From a virus (taxonomy: Duplodnaviria; Caudoviricetes), in the IMG/VR virus record IMGVR_UViG_3300043427_002668: a stretch of DNA of 64,000 nt; one strand, written 5' to 3'. Of this stretch, positions 34,396 through 45,429 are shown in pieces (position 1 is the first letter of the stretch; each line of letters begins with the position of its first letter). Below the pieces are notes generated by a model. It ran no database searches. It saw only the letters and a list, made by a program, of their open reading frames with translations, and had not been told where the DNA came from. A program made the translations under genes and the position numbers.

Positions 34396-37343
34396 TGGCT
34401 AACCTAGTTCCCTATAAAAAAACAAATAATGCTATTATTAAAGCAGACAAATTTTTACCAAGGATAAAGACTTCTTTTATTTCTTCTGGAAAAGATTTCA
34501 CTAAACTTTCTGAAAGTCCTTTATTAAAAATTGAAAGAAAGTTTATTAAGATTGATAGTCTTTTGAAGGATTCTTTATTACTTTCTAAAAAGGAAAATGA
34601 AAAAGGTAGAGTAAAAAAAGAAGAGAAGAAATTCGAACAAAGAGAAAAGGAATTAGAAAATAAAAAAGCAAAATTACCAAGTGGTGTTAAAGTTCCTTCT
34701 TTACCTGGAGTTGGTATTTTAGGGTGGATTAGAAACTTCATCGTTCAGACTGTTTTAGGATTTCTTGCGGTAAGATTAATCGATCATCTTCCAAAACTTT
34801 TAAAAGTCTTACCTGTAATTGTTAAAGTTAGTGATTTCTTCATTGATATGGGAGGAAAACTTTTAGATGGATTAGTGACTTTTGTTGATAAGGCATATGA
34901 TGTAGTAGATAATACTCGCAAGTTTACTAAGCAACTTGGTGGTGAAGGTCTCGCACAGAACTTTGATAAGTTTGCTGGTGCATTAAGCACGATGCTAGAT
35001 GTTGCTGTTATTGCAGCATTGTCTGCTGCAAGTATGGGTGATGATTTTGGAGGTTCTGGTGGTCCTACTTCAAAAACAAAACCTGCGTTGGGATCAAAAC
35101 CGAAGGTAACAACGGGGTCTGGTGGAAAATTTAAATTCAGAATACCTGGAACTGGTCCTAAAATTACAGGTACTAAAGGTATTCTTTCCTTTGTAAGACC
35201 ATTCTTAAAAAGAATACCCATACCTGTTATTGGTGCATTAATTGACTTTGGATTATCTTGGGCTCTTGGAGAAGATCCAGGTAGAGCAGCATTTAGGGCA
35301 ATTGGTGCTGGTATATTAGGTTCTATTGGTACTGGATTAGCAGGAGCATTGGGTCTTGCTGGTGGTCCTTTAGCAATTGCTACTGCTGCTCTCGGGGGTC
35401 TTGCTGGTGGTGCTTTAGGCGATATGGCTGGTGGTGCTTTATATGACTTGTTCTTTGGTGGTAAGAAGACACAGAAAGGTAAAGTTGCAAAGGCAGCAGG
35501 TGGAGGGCAACCAACAACTCGCGGAGGAAAATTAGTTGGTGGTCCTGCAAAGAGATCTGTTAAGAAAAAGAAAACTCCTAGAACACTTACTGTTACTCCT
35601 AAAAAATTAAAACCAGGATCTGCTGTTGGTGGAGAGAATAAAGTAAAACAACTTTTCCCAGAAACAAAAGATAAAACAAAGATGAGTCCTTTTGATGTTT
35701 TAAAAAATGCTTATGATGGTTTTTCTAAATCTTCTGGTCTTGGTTCTCTTATTGCTCTTGCAATTAAACCATTGATGGGAGATAGACCATCATATGCAGA
35801 CTATAAGAATGCTGGAATTGGTGTGAATAACTGGATGAATCAATCAGTTGCAACCGGAACTTATGGATATGCTGGTGGTGGTGAAGTTAAAATTGAGAGC
35901 ATTGTATCTGGGGAAGATTATAGCGATGTGATTGCAAAGTCATTGCAAGATTCTGTAACTCCACAGGTTGATAAAACCATTCAAGATTTGATGAGGCAAT
36001 TAAATTTAAAACAACCTACGAAAAAAGAACCAGATAAAACAGATCCAACACTAAAAGAAGAGGGTGGTGGTGGAGTTGATGGGGGAGGAATGACTGGCGG
36101 GCAGTGGGGTCCACTATTAGATCTGATTGCTGGAAAGGAATCCGGTGGAAATTATGAGGCAATGTATCCAAGCACAACTTTACCCGGAGCAACAAAAATG
36201 ACAATCTCTGAAGTTGCACGGAGAGCTACTGGAGCAGTTGGAAAATATCAACAATTACCTCAATATCTTGTTAATAGAGCAAGAGCTGCGGGTCTTAATC
36301 CAGATAAAGATCTTTATAGTCCAGAAAATCAAGAAAAAATTATTATTAATGTTAATATTAAAGGAAGGGGTGGGGAAAAGTGGTTGAAGGGAGAAATAAG
36401 TGACGAACAATTTATGCAAGGTTTATCTCAAGAATTTGCTTCTCTTCCAAATGCAGATGGTAAATTTTATTATCCAGGTCAAAGAAGCGCAATGACTCCG
36501 GAAAAAGTTAAATCAGCACTTTCTAAAGTTAAGCGTGGTGGATATTCTCAACAAGAACTCGCAGCAGGTATGGGGCGTGGACCATCTGGTGCAACAAGAG
36601 GTAGTATTGGTGGATCAGTTGTAGAGTACATTACTGGAGATCCAAATACTCCATTTGGGAGATTCGATAGAGCGGGTCATGGAACTACAGATAATTATCA
36701 TGACCACATTGCGTTTAAAGATAGAAGCACTGCTGTCAGAGCTTACAATTTCTTTAAATCTAAGGGCATTCAAGTTACAGAATTTAAGGGTTATGGTCCT
36801 GTTGGAGGTCATGCTTCTGGATCATATCACTATTCCGGACTTGCTTTTGATATTCCCGGAGCACAATGGGGTGGATCTGGAGCAATTGGCGCAAGAGATT
36901 ATGCTGGATCGGCAAAGGTTAGAAGACTTCTAAAAGAATTTATGGGTGGAGGATCAACTCAAATTGCATCGAAGTTTCATGGTGGAATTGGATATGCGAA
37001 TAAAGATGGAATGACTTTAAAACTTCATAAAGGTGAGATGTATAAAGTAGTTGATAAAGACTCTGTAGATTTATTTGGAAGAGACTTTATTGAAGATATT
37101 ATTAATGTAGAAAATAAAGCACAACTAGTTGCAAAAGCACCATCAATTATTGAAAAACTTAAATTAATTTCTGGATATACTGATTATGAAAGACCAGAAC
37201 CAGAGGTTGTTTATGTTCCTAGTCCAGTTGAATATCTACCACTTCCTATGGGTAGTGGAGGTTCTACCATAATTGCTGGTGGAGGTGGTGGAGATGATTA
37301 TGTAAATAGTAGTATGGAACAAACACTTGCTCAAATAGGATAA
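34395..37343 (+). CDS. tape-measure-like protein 2 with lysozyme-like and M15-like muralytic domains
   Basis: LIAGKESGGNY...AVGKYQ; S-x-H-x2-G-x-A-x-D motif. Confidence 0.65.
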   Translation: MANLVPYKKTNNAIIKADKFLPRIKTSFISSGKDFTKLSESPLLKIERKFIKIDSLLKDSLLLSKKENEKGRVKKEEKKFEQREKELENKKAKLPSGVKVPSLPGVGILGWIRNFIVQTVLGFLAVRLIDHLPKLLKVLPVIVKVSDFFIDMGGKLLDGLVTFVDKAYDVVDNTRKFTKQLGGEGLAQNFDKFAGALSTMLDVAVIAALSAASMGDDFGGSGGPTSKTKPALGSKPKVTTGSGGKFKFRIPGTGPKITGTKGILSFVRPFLKRIPIPVIGALIDFGLSWALGEDPGRAAFRAIGAGILGSIGTGLAGALGLAGGPLAIATAALGGLAGGALGDMAGGALYDLFFGGKKTQKGKVAKAAGGGQPTTRGGKLVGGPAKRSVKKKKTPRTLTVTPKKLKPGSAVGGENKVKQLFPETKDKTKMSPFDVLKNAYDGFSKSSGLGSLIALAIKPLMGDRPSYADYKNAGIGVNNWMNQSVATGTYGYAGGGEVKIESIVSGEDYSDVIAKSLQDSVTPQVDKTIQDLMRQLNLKQPTKKEPDKTDPTLKEEGGGGVDGGGMTGGQWGPLLDLIAGKESGGNYEAMYPSTTLPGATKMTISEVARRATGAVGKYQQLPQYLVNRARAAGLNPDKDLYSPENQEKIIINVNIKGRGGEKWLKGEISDEQFMQGLSQEFASLPNADGKFYYPGQRSAMTPEKVKSALSKVKRGGYSQQELAAGMGRGPSGATRGSIGGSVVEYITGDPNTPFGRFDRAGHGTTDNYHDHIAFKDRSTAVRAYNFFKSKGIQVTEFKGYGPVGGHASGSYHYSGLAFDIPGAQWGGSGAIGARDYAGSAKVRRLLKEFMGGGSTQIASKFHGGIGYANKDGMTLKLHKGEMYKVVDKDSVDLFGRDFIEDIINVENKAQLVAKAPSIIEKLKLISGYTDYERPEPEVVYVPSPVEYLPLPMGSGGSTIIAGGGGGDDYVNSSMEQTLAQIG

Positions 37344-37344
37344 T

Positions 37345-38871
37345 ATGTCTGTAAACGAAAGTAATATACCTATTTTTAAAGTATATTCAAATGCAACTGG
37401 AAAAGAACTTCCATTCAATGGTGGAGTTGCTGAGTTGCATTATTATGAAAATATATTATCTGAGACTGTAAGAATGTCGATAAGTGTTGTTGATACCGGT
37501 CAAGGAGATCAAGGAACAACAGGATCGGAGAGTGTAAAACTCACCGGAACTGAAAAGGTTCATATTGAATTGGAAGATACTCAAAAACAAAAGATTTCTT
37601 TCACTACGAGTACAAATGAACTTCATATTACTGGAAGAGAAAGAATTACTGAAAAATTAAAAGATATTGAATTCTTAGAGTTGGTATCGAAAGAGTACCT
37701 GAAAAATGAAAGTGTGAGAGTTGATAAGAGATATGATGGAAAAATATCGGATTCTCTAACTAAAATTCTTAAAGAAGTTCTAAGCACGCAAAAGAAATTA
37801 GATATAGAATCTACAAAAAATTCACGTTCATTTATTGGAACTTTAAAGAAACCTTTTTGGTTTATTATGTGGTTAGCAGGACAATCCATTCGTGAGGATA
37901 CAAGTGCTCTTGGATTGAGTGCCGGATATTTCTTCTTTGAAACTAAATCTGGGTATAAGTTTAAATCTATTGATACTTTATTTGGACAAACACCAGTTAA
38001 AAAATATATCTATAATAATACAGTATCTACTAAAATACCCACTGGATATGATGGAAAAATTTTAGAATATAATTTTGTTGATAGTGCTGATATGAAAGAT
38101 CAGATGATGATGGGTACATTCAATACCTCCGTAAATCTTTTTAACTCTTTTGAGAGTGCTTTTGGTTGTAATCCTTTAGATATTTCCACTCAGGAATCTG
38201 CAATTACTGCAGCTGGAACTGAGTATGGTAAGAATTTATTTAAAGATTTTATAACAAAACCTTCAAGATTTTTTACTGGTAATCAATCAATAGGTGGATA
38301 TACTCCTGTAGATCAGTCTCACGAATTGGATACTGATAAAGCAAAGTATCTTTCATCTTCTACAGCAAGATACAATCAAGCGTATACTGTTAAAGTAAAT
38401 ATCACTATTTTTGGTGACTTTAGTTTAGAAGCGGGTCAATTAATTTATTGCGATTTTCCCGAACAATCCACTAAATCAACTAAGGAGGCAAATCCTAGGA
38501 TGAGCGGTGTCTATATGATTTCTGCACTATGTCATCGTATTGATCCTATTAAACAGTGCTATACATCGTTGGAATTGATTCGTGATTCTTATGGTAGAAA
38601 ACCAATGGCAGCTTCTGCCACTGCAGCAGGAAATCAAAAATCATCAGTACAAAAAGCGTCTGATGGAGCATCTGCAAATAATAAGGGTGTTACTGATGAA
38701 GATATTGCAAGCGAATTAAACAACGAAAATCAACTTATGTCTCAGCAAGAACAGGCAATAGCAGAAACTCCTCCAGATGGAACTAAATATGATGATGAAG
38801 GATATCCTGCAGATGCTGGTAGTGAATTTGAATATAATCCAGTTACAGGAAGACTTGATCCTAAAGATTAG
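37345..38871 (+). CDS. baseplate hub protein (gp27-like)
   Basis: LHYYENILS, YFFFETKSG, SGVYMISALCH; position before g5. Confidence 0.6.
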   Translation: MSVNESNIPIFKVYSNATGKELPFNGGVAELHYYENILSETVRMSISVVDTGQGDQGTTGSESVKLTGTEKVHIELEDTQKQKISFTTSTNELHITGRERITEKLKDIEFLELVSKEYLKNESVRVDKRYDGKISDSLTKILKEVLSTQKKLDIESTKNSRSFIGTLKKPFWFIMWLAGQSIREDTSALGLSAGYFFFETKSGYKFKSIDTLFGQTPVKKYIYNNTVSTKIPTGYDGKILEYNFVDSADMKDQMMMGTFNTSVNLFNSFESAFGCNPLDISTQESAITAAGTEYGKNLFKDFITKPSRFFTGNQSIGGYTPVDQSHELDTDKAKYLSSSTARYNQAYTVKVNITIFGDFSLEAGQLIYCDFPEQSTKSTKEANPRMSGVYMISALCHRIDPIKQCYTSLELIRDSYGRKPMAASATAAGNQKSSVQKASDGASANNKGVTDEDIASELNNENQLMSQQEQAIAETPPDGTKYDDEGYPADAGSEFEYNPVTGRLDPKD

Positions 38872-38905
38872 TAATAAATAATAAAAACTATTTTAGTGTG
38901 TTCAT

Positions 38906-39121
38906 ATGGACAGAACACTTCAACAACATATTAACGATGATAGAGATGAACTGGATAACCCAAATACCAGTGGTCAACGTCGTCGTCACTTAGAAGATGA
39001 ACTTGATGCTTTAGAACAGTATCAAGTTAATCATCCAGACGAAAATCACGATCCAACTTCTTTGGAATTATATTGTGACACTCATCCCGATGCTCTTGAA
39101 TGTAGAGTTTATGAAGATTAA
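38906..39121 (+). CDS. cp12: CP12 Calvin-cycle inhibitor, C-terminal Cys pair only
   Basis: LELYCDTHPDALECRVYED; ATAAATA at about 38874. Confidence 0.9.
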   Translation: MDRTLQQHINDDRDELDNPNTSGQRRRHLEDELDALEQYQVNHPDENHDPTSLELYCDTHPDALECRVYED

Positions 39122-39123
39122 TT

Positions 39124-40995
39124 ATGTCTGATGTAACTACAGGATCTGCTTTTAATCCTCAATTCTTTATGAATCCTCCTTGGTGGATTGGAAGAGTTGA
39201 GGATAAAGAAGTATGGAAAGATAATATTAAAGGTGAAACTTTTAATAGTGTAGCAGAAATAAAGGGTTGGGGTCAAAGATATAAAGTAAGAGTTTTTAAT
39301 TGGCACACTGGGGATGTAAATAAACTTCAACCAGATCAAGTTGCATTTTGTCAGGTTTTGATGCCGGTAACTGCTGGTTCCGGGCATGGTGGAGCATCAA
39401 TTACTCCTGCTATCGAATCTGGATCCGTGGTATTCGGGTTCTTTATGGATGGAATGGCAGGACAGGAAGGATATATTGTAGGACTTCTTGGAAACTCTAA
39501 CAATAATGTCCCCAAAGAAAGAGCAGAACCTGCACCAAATCAACCAACAACAACTGTTCCTCCAACATCAACAACCGGAGGAAAACCAACACCAACTGTA
39601 GTCAATCCACCTACACCACCAACAGGTCCTGGTAGTTTAGCAACTAAACCAGTACCCGACAATGTAGACCAACTGAGTACAGACCAATTAAAAAAACTTT
39701 TAGATCCATCTAAGACTCCATCTTCTGCAGTTTTTAAAGCAGCATCGGAGGCAAGGCAAAAAGCAAAAGCAGCAGGACTCCCTACAAATGAAGTTGAAAG
39801 ACTGGTTCTTGCAGCAACAGTAAAAGCATCAAGACAACCAGGTGCTGATGCTGGTGGAAGTGCAAATTGCAATAAAGGATATCAACAGTTTAATAATACC
39901 TATACTGATGGGAGTCCTCAAACTGCAGCAAAAGTTCCTGACGATAGAATCATTGGAGGAACTCCTTTATCAACTATCGAAGCACTTCATATTGGGGTTA
40001 AGTCACAAGACCAGCACGATAAGTCCAGTAAAATAAAAATTCCTTTACTTGATGTCACTAAAAAGAATAATAGTGATATGAAAGGAATTCAACGTACTAT
40101 GAAAAATTTAATTAATAGTGTAGAAGAACTTAAAAAGACTTACAATCAAGTCTCTGCTTTTGCATCTGATGTAACTGAATTTTCTAGTCAAATTCAAAAT
40201 GAAATTAGTGGAGCTGTTACAGAACTTTCTGGATTTACTAAAAATATAATGGGAGGTATTCGTGCCTATACACTAACCAAACTTTCTGATGCTACTAAAA
40301 AAGTAACACCCAATCTTTTCCCATCAGAAATACCTAGGTTCTATAGAAAAGTGGAAAAAGGGATAAAATCTTTAAATTGTGCTTTTAATAAAATTACTTC
40401 TAATATGCCTAATTTATTGAATTCTATTATTAAAGATACTTTAGATAATATGATTAATACTCCTTTGTGTGCTATTGAAAGTATGGTTTCTAATATTTTA
40501 GATAATGTTCTGAATGAAGTTACTGGAATTATGGATGATGTTTTTTCAACATTTAATTCTACACTTGGATCTATTGCTGGTACTTTAGGCGCGGCAGGTG
40601 GCGCAATCAATCAAGCAGGGGGTGTTCTGGGTTCTGTCAGTGGGGCTTTAGATTCTATTGGTGGTATTGGTGGAAATATGTTTAATTCTCTGGAATATGT
40701 AAATGGAATTAAGCAATTCTTTGCTTGCGATGATATAGAAAGTCCAGTAAAATATAATGAATTGGCTTACGGATATCCTGCTCTTCCTGGTGGAGATGCT
40801 TCACCAGTTCCAGGTGCCGCAAATGAATCTCCTACAGGTAAGGGTGCAGTTGCTTCTCAAGCACCTTCTGGAAATATTGTAAATAGTAGAAGCACCACTG
40901 TTACTCCAACTGCTCCAACTGCCCCAAAGATAAGAGAACAGATACAAAGTCCGGAGGATGATAACAGTGGAACATCGACATTTACTTTATTCTAA
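39124..40995 (+). CDS. g5: baseplate hub/spike gp5 N-terminal OB-fold protein
   Basis: WWIGRVE, RYKVRVFNWH, VFGFFMDG. Confidence 0.8.
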   Translation: MSDVTTGSAFNPQFFMNPPWWIGRVEDKEVWKDNIKGETFNSVAEIKGWGQRYKVRVFNWHTGDVNKLQPDQVAFCQVLMPVTAGSGHGGASITPAIESGSVVFGFFMDGMAGQEGYIVGLLGNSNNNVPKERAEPAPNQPTTTVPPTSTTGGKPTPTVVNPPTPPTGPGSLATKPVPDNVDQLSTDQLKKLLDPSKTPSSAVFKAASEARQKAKAAGLPTNEVERLVLAATVKASRQPGADAGGSANCNKGYQQFNNTYTDGSPQTAAKVPDDRIIGGTPLSTIEALHIGVKSQDQHDKSSKIKIPLLDVTKKNNSDMKGIQRTMKNLINSVEELKKTYNQVSAFASDVTEFSSQIQNEISGAVTELSGFTKNIMGGIRAYTLTKLSDATKKVTPNLFPSEIPRFYRKVEKGIKSLNCAFNKITSNMPNLLNSIIKDTLDNMINTPLCAIESMVSNILDNVLNEVTGIMDDVFSTFNSTLGSIAGTLGAAGGAINQAGGVLGSVSGALDSIGGIGGNMFNSLEYVNGIKQFFACDDIESPVKYNELAYGYPALPGGDASPVPGAANESPTGKGAVASQAPSGNIVNSRSTTVTPTAPTAPKIREQIQSPEDDNSGTSTFTLF

Positions 40996-40997
40996 TT

Positions 40998-42152
40998 ATG
41001 TTTTCTAGAAATATTCCTCAAGATACTGCTATTAAGGTTGCTTTCTTTGATGATGATGGGAAGAAAGTAGGTGGATTAACTGTCGAAGAAGCTAATAGAG
41101 TTCATCAGATAGATCCTACAAAACTATTTTACTTTCAAAATGGTGATGGAACTGAAGAAGAACTTACAATAGTAGAAGTCAATCAATTAACTCCAGAAAA
41201 AGATTTACTTCCAACAACTTCTGATTGTCCTACACAACCTCAAGTTTGTGGGCCACCATTGGTTAAGTTTTTTGGGGGTGGGGCTGGATTTGGTGCTGCT
41301 GCGAATGCTGTGATTAGTCCAATCTCATCTTCTGTAATTGGATTTGATATTGTAAATCCGGGAAAGGGATTTGAATCACCTCCAAATGCAGAGTTAATTG
41401 ATAACTGTGGTAAAGGTGCTGGAGGAAATCTTACTGTAAATATGAATTCCGATGGTAAGTCGGTTAAAAATATAACTATCAATGCACCTGGTGATGGATA
41501 TCTTGCTGCTCCTGATGGCAGTCTAGGTGGAAATGAGAGAGTATGGAAAGAACCTGATGAGGGTTATGTCAGAACTCCAATTAGTGGATATCACGTCGTT
41601 CAACCTTTAAGGCCTATAGGAGTAAAATCGGGAAGTACTTATTATCCACCAAATGGTTCACCGAGAGTTCTGGAACGAGATGAGGTCATTACCTTACCAT
41701 TAGTTCCAGTAAAACCAAAAGATCCTACATCATTTGGAACACCATATTCGGTTATTCTTTGCATTGAAGAGATAAAGGTTTTAGATCAAGGATTTGGTTA
41801 TAGACCTGGAGATGAACTAATTATCACTCCTGATAATGGAACTAAAACCGAATTAGTAATCAATGAGTTTGGGAGTATTACCTCAGTAAAAATTATTCAA
41901 GGTGGATGTGGATATGATGATTTGCCTGAAATTAGAACAAATTCTCCTACAGGATTTAATGCTACATTTAGTCCAATCTTTAAGGTTACACGAATTGATC
42001 CAACTAAGCCAATAGAATCTCAGGTTTCTCCCGTTACACCTTCTACAACAGTGGAACAAATAAGTGTTGTTCCTCAAGAAGTTCGTTTAGTGACAGTTAT
42101 TGATTGTGTAGGTAAAATTCCACAAACAAGTACTTTTAATGTGCCGAGGTAA
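40998..42152 (+). CDS. baseplate-associated structural protein
   Basis: Repeated I-x2-PG-x-GY motifs seen in cyanophage tail proteins. Confidence 0.6.
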   Translation: MFSRNIPQDTAIKVAFFDDDGKKVGGLTVEEANRVHQIDPTKLFYFQNGDGTEEELTIVEVNQLTPEKDLLPTTSDCPTQPQVCGPPLVKFFGGGAGFGAAANAVISPISSSVIGFDIVNPGKGFESPPNAELIDNCGKGAGGNLTVNMNSDGKSVKNITINAPGDGYLAAPDGSLGGNERVWKEPDEGYVRTPISGYHVVQPLRPIGVKSGSTYYPPNGSPRVLERDEVITLPLVPVKPKDPTSFGTPYSVILCIEEIKVLDQGFGYRPGDELIITPDNGTKTELVINEFGSITSVKIIQGGCGYDDLPEIRTNSPTGFNATFSPIFKVTRIDPTKPIESQVSPVTPSTTVEQISVVPQEVRLVTVIDCVGKIPQTSTFNVPR

Positions 42153-42157
42153 TTAAA

Positions 42158-42754
42158 ATGGGAAAATCTTTAAATTTAGAAACAAAAGATATAAGAACTA
42201 AAGATGGAAATTTGAGGTTAGGTCATATTCACCTGGACCAAGTAAAGTCATCGATTATGATGCAGGGTCAGGGTGGATTGGAGTATATTACCATAGACCA
42301 AACTGCACCTAGAAATGGATGGATTACGTCGAGGTGCAGGGGAAGATATCAAGTTATTTGCGGAGATAATATTCCTGATGGTGATGTAGCAATGTATCTT
42401 AATTCTTGCGGTGACAAAGGATTAAGTAGAGGAAATATTGAGATCATTACAAAGGGAGTATTTAAAGTTAATGCAAGAGATATTCAATTGATTGCCACTG
42501 GAACTGATAATAGTACTGGAAGAATAACATTACAATCAAATGAAGAAATTAAGTTAAAGTCAAAACAAATTAATCTCAATGCTGAAGAAGCAATGAGTTT
42601 GTTTTCTGATGGGGAACTAAATACTACAGCAAAAAATATTATGAAAATGACTGCAGGAGCATTTCAAAAATTGAGTACATCAAGTTCATTAAAACCTCCT
42701 GTACTTTCTATCAATCCAAGAGCACTTGGATCTGTAAAACCTGGATCAATTTAA
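42158..42754 (+). CDS. gp5 C-terminal-like beta-helix spike protein
   Basis: Alternating I-x-L-x-A/S repeats; cluster context. Confidence 0.55.
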   Translation: MGKSLNLETKDIRTKDGNLRLGHIHLDQVKSSIMMQGQGGLEYITIDQTAPRNGWITSRCRGRYQVICGDNIPDGDVAMYLNSCGDKGLSRGNIEIITKGVFKVNARDIQLIATGTDNSTGRITLQSNEEIKLKSKQINLNAEEAMSLFSDGELNTTAKNIMKMTAGAFQKLSTSSSLKPPVLSINPRALGSVKPGSI

Positions 42755-42769
42755 TAAGGAGATATACTT

Positions 42770-43471
42770 ATGTCGTCATTCAGTGATTCTGAATATATTC
42801 AAAGATGTTTTATTGCAAAGGATGAAGTAAAACCAGAATCTTTAGGTAGAGGTGCAGCTGCAATTCGTGGTTCTTCATATCTCCAAGGACCAGTTCATGG
42901 AGGAGATGATGAAGAATACAATGATATAAAAGCAACTATGATGCTTGCTCCTCTTGAAAATAGTGATACTGTCAAACCTTTATATTCTTTATGGCTTCGT
43001 TTTTATGCTAGAATACAAAGTTATTTGAGAGTCGATATTTTAATTAAAACTAAGTTTCTTCGTGCCTTTAGAATTCGTACTACTAAACTTCGTGCAGTTG
43101 AGATTAAAACTGTAATTCTGAGAGCAAGTATCAAAAACTTTCAGATACCTCATCCCCTCAAAAAGGATAAAGATCTGGTTCACTCTTGTTTAGAAGGACC
43201 AGAAAACGGGGTTTATTTCAGGGGTAGATTGAGAAATAAAAATGTAATTGACCTTCCCGACTATTGGACTGAACTAGTACATGAAAATAGTATCACAGTT
43301 CAATTACAACCAATCGGAGCACATCAAGATATAATTATAAAAAGAATAGGAGAAAATCAAATACATTTACAATCTAGAGGTGGAATGCCTATAGATTGCT
43401 TTTATCATGTTTATGGTGAAAGAAAAGATGTTGAAAAATTAAAAATTGAGGTAGATAAGGAAAATGGATAA
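42770..43471 (+). CDS. tail protein with intramolecular-chaperone-like C-terminus
   Basis: KNFQIPHP...LVHSCLEGPENGVYFRG. Confidence 0.6.
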   Translation: MSSFSDSEYIQRCFIAKDEVKPESLGRGAAAIRGSSYLQGPVHGGDDEEYNDIKATMMLAPLENSDTVKPLYSLWLRFYARIQSYLRVDILIKTKFLRAFRIRTTKLRAVEIKTVILRASIKNFQIPHPLKKDKDLVHSCLEGPENGVYFRGRLRNKNVIDLPDYWTELVHENSITVQLQPIGAHQDIIIKRIGENQIHLQSRGGMPIDCFYHVYGERKDVEKLKIEVDKENG

Positions 43472-44534
43472 GGATAATCAATTTGAAGATAAGTTTGATG
43501 AGAGTACTTATTATAAGGTTTCTGAAGACACTGTACTATTAAATAATCTTTGGACCAATGCTGTAAAGACAAGTGGATCTTTCGTAGGAATTCCTAACTC
43601 TGGATTGAATTCTTTTGATGATAATGATTATCTGAGTCAAGATTACCTTGATAATAATAATTTTAGTCCAGAATTATACAATCGAGATGATCTTGCGAAC
43701 ATGAATTTCTTTAGGGATGATAATGTATCAATGGTTCTATATAATAATCCATTTGATTACATAAATTTACGTCTTGAAAAATCAGATACAAATTATGTAA
43801 AACTGGAAAAAATCCAAACAAGTATTGTTTCTCCTGGAATTACAAGCAGTAATATAGCAATAGCTTCTTCTGATATAAAAAGTATACTTTCATATTCTAT
43901 TCTTCCTGTCGATGTTTTTACTTTTAATGTAAATACTCTTAATGTTGGGTATACTACTGCTTATAATACTATAGTTGGATATGGAACAACGAGTGTTGTT
44001 GGGTATAGTAGTATTACTTTTGGTAGAGGAGATACAAATGTTTTTGGTGATTTTACTGTCAATGTAAATCAATTTACCGTAGATTCTTCAACTGGAGATA
44101 CTTATGTTAATGGAGATTTAGTAGTAAATGCAAATAAATTTGGAGTAGATTCTGTTACCGGAGATGCATATATTGATGGAAATCTTGAGATAAATGGATG
44201 CTTGAATGTCACTGAATTTTGTGACTATACTTGGTTAAATACGTATCTAAGTTCTTCTCCAGTTGGTGTTAGTACTCTACTGGTTGGAGTTGCTGGAACT
44301 ACAATTATTACGACTGCTGATGGTCTTGTCGGCATCGGAACAACAGTTCCTCAAGCAAAACTTCATGTTGTTGGCAATACTCTAATCACTGGTATTGCTA
44401 CTGTTGGATTGGGAACCACTTCCTCACCAGCAAATTCTCAACTTTCTTTTGATCTTACAAGTAACACTAACTTGAGGATAAGAGTAAGAGGAACTGATGG
44501 TGTTATGAGGACTGCAAATATTACTCTGACATAA
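43464..44534 (+). CDS. tail-fibre-like structural protein
   Basis: VGIGTTVPQAKLHV, GDxxVxG repeats. Confidence 0.65.
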   Translation: MDKDNQFEDKFDESTYYKVSEDTVLLNNLWTNAVKTSGSFVGIPNSGLNSFDDNDYLSQDYLDNNNFSPELYNRDDLANMNFFRDDNVSMVLYNNPFDYINLRLEKSDTNYVKLEKIQTSIVSPGITSSNIAIASSDIKSILSYSILPVDVFTFNVNTLNVGYTTAYNTIVGYGTTSVVGYSSITFGRGDTNVFGDFTVNVNQFTVDSSTGDTYVNGDLVVNANKFGVDSVTGDAYIDGNLEINGCLNVTEFCDYTWLNTYLSSSPVGVSTLLVGVAGTTIITTADGLVGIGTTVPQAKLHVVGNTLITGIATVGLGTTSSPANSQLSFDLTSNTNLRIRVRGTDGVMRTANITLT

Positions 44535-44537
44535 CCC

Positions 44538-44566
44538 TTGACGCCAGCCCCCTACCGTGCTATGAT
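44538..44566 (+). promoter_or_regulatory. sigma70 early promoter
   Basis: TTGACG-17-TATGAT with TG. Confidence 0.75.
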
Positions 44567-44592
44567 ACTTGGGTAATCACGGAACGAACCGA

Positions 44593-44775
44593 ATGCAAGA
44601 TGAGTACCTGACGCGATGTGTCGTTGATCCAATTAAACGAACCGTGTATCTTTACTCCAGTGAGGGGTCAGAACGTGAAGTGGTCTGTGATACGGTTGAT
44701 GAGTTTATGAACGTGCTAGAATTCGTACGTTCGACGGTGGATGAGAAAACACTTTCATACGCAAATCCACTTTAA
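44593..44775 (+). CDS. conserved hypothetical protein
   Basis: MQDEYLTRCVVD...; in frame with tracked ORF 44569. Confidence 0.7.
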   Translation: MQDEYLTRCVVDPIKRTVYLYSSEGSEREVVCDTVDEFMNVLEFVRSTVDEKTLSYANPL

Positions 44776-44833
44776 GTTTCATTTAGGGTGGAAAAATTTT
44801 CCCGGTAAAAATTGCCCTTATTACTTTTTTCAA

Positions 44834-45013
44834 ATGCGTCCAGAAACAAGAGAATCAATGGAAATGCTGTTCTCAGCAAAATGGAATGTTCCAAAAGCAG
44901 CAGCAAACTGTAATCTTACAAACAAAGAAATGAAGATTACGTTTAATGAATACTGCACTTTACATCCTCCGACTTATACGGTAGAATCTGATAGTCAACT
45001 CAGTCTTCTCTGA
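44834..45013 (+). CDS. conserved hypothetical protein
   Basis: MRPETRESMEMLFSAKWNVPKAA... Confidence 0.7.
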   Translation: MRPETRESMEMLFSAKWNVPKAAANCNLTNKEMKITFNEYCTLHPPTYTVESDSQLSLL

Positions 45014-45022
45014 GTTTTTTAT

Positions 45023-45106
45023 GGGCGTGTGACGTAATTGGTAGCCGTACCGAACTTAAAATTCGTTGGGAGTAATCCCGTGGGGGTTCGAGTCCCCCCA
45101 TGCCCA
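45023..45106 (+). tRNA. trnL: tRNA-Leu(UAA), intronless, CCA not encoded
   Basis: Acceptor GGGCGTG/CATGCCC, loop CT-TAA-AA, variable arm GGGA-GTAA-TCCC, TTCGAGT. Confidence 0.92.
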
Positions 45107-45158
45107 TTAGAGGTTATAAACGACTTCTAAATAAAACAAAAGTATAAGGAACTATTCT

Positions 45159-45428
45159 ATGAAATACAGAATAGATGCCAGATATGTTTGGTACAACAGA
45201 GGAACACAACTTGTTCTGATGTATTTCATACAAAGTTTACCTTTTACTTTTGACGATGTTCCTGATAGTTACATTTACGATCCGGAAGTCCTTGAATGTG
45301 CAGACAACGAAAGACGATTTGAACCAGAGGATTTATATCAAGCATCTTACTATCTTATGATGGAAGAATGTCATCCTCTGATGTTTGAAGTCGATCTGGA
45401 AAATCCAGAAATGATGCCTGCAGATTAA
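45159..45428 (+). CDS. hypothetical protein
   Basis: 89 aa with AGGA RBS. Confidence 0.7.
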   Translation: MKYRIDARYVWYNRGTQLVLMYFIQSLPFTFDDVPDSYIYDPEVLECADNERRFEPEDLYQASYYLMMEECHPLMFEVDLENPEMMPAD

Positions 45429-45429
45429 T

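Noticed and set aside
45023-45106. Cyanobacterial-type group I intron in tRNA-Leu(UAA)
   Set aside because: The anticodon loop is an intact 7-mer.
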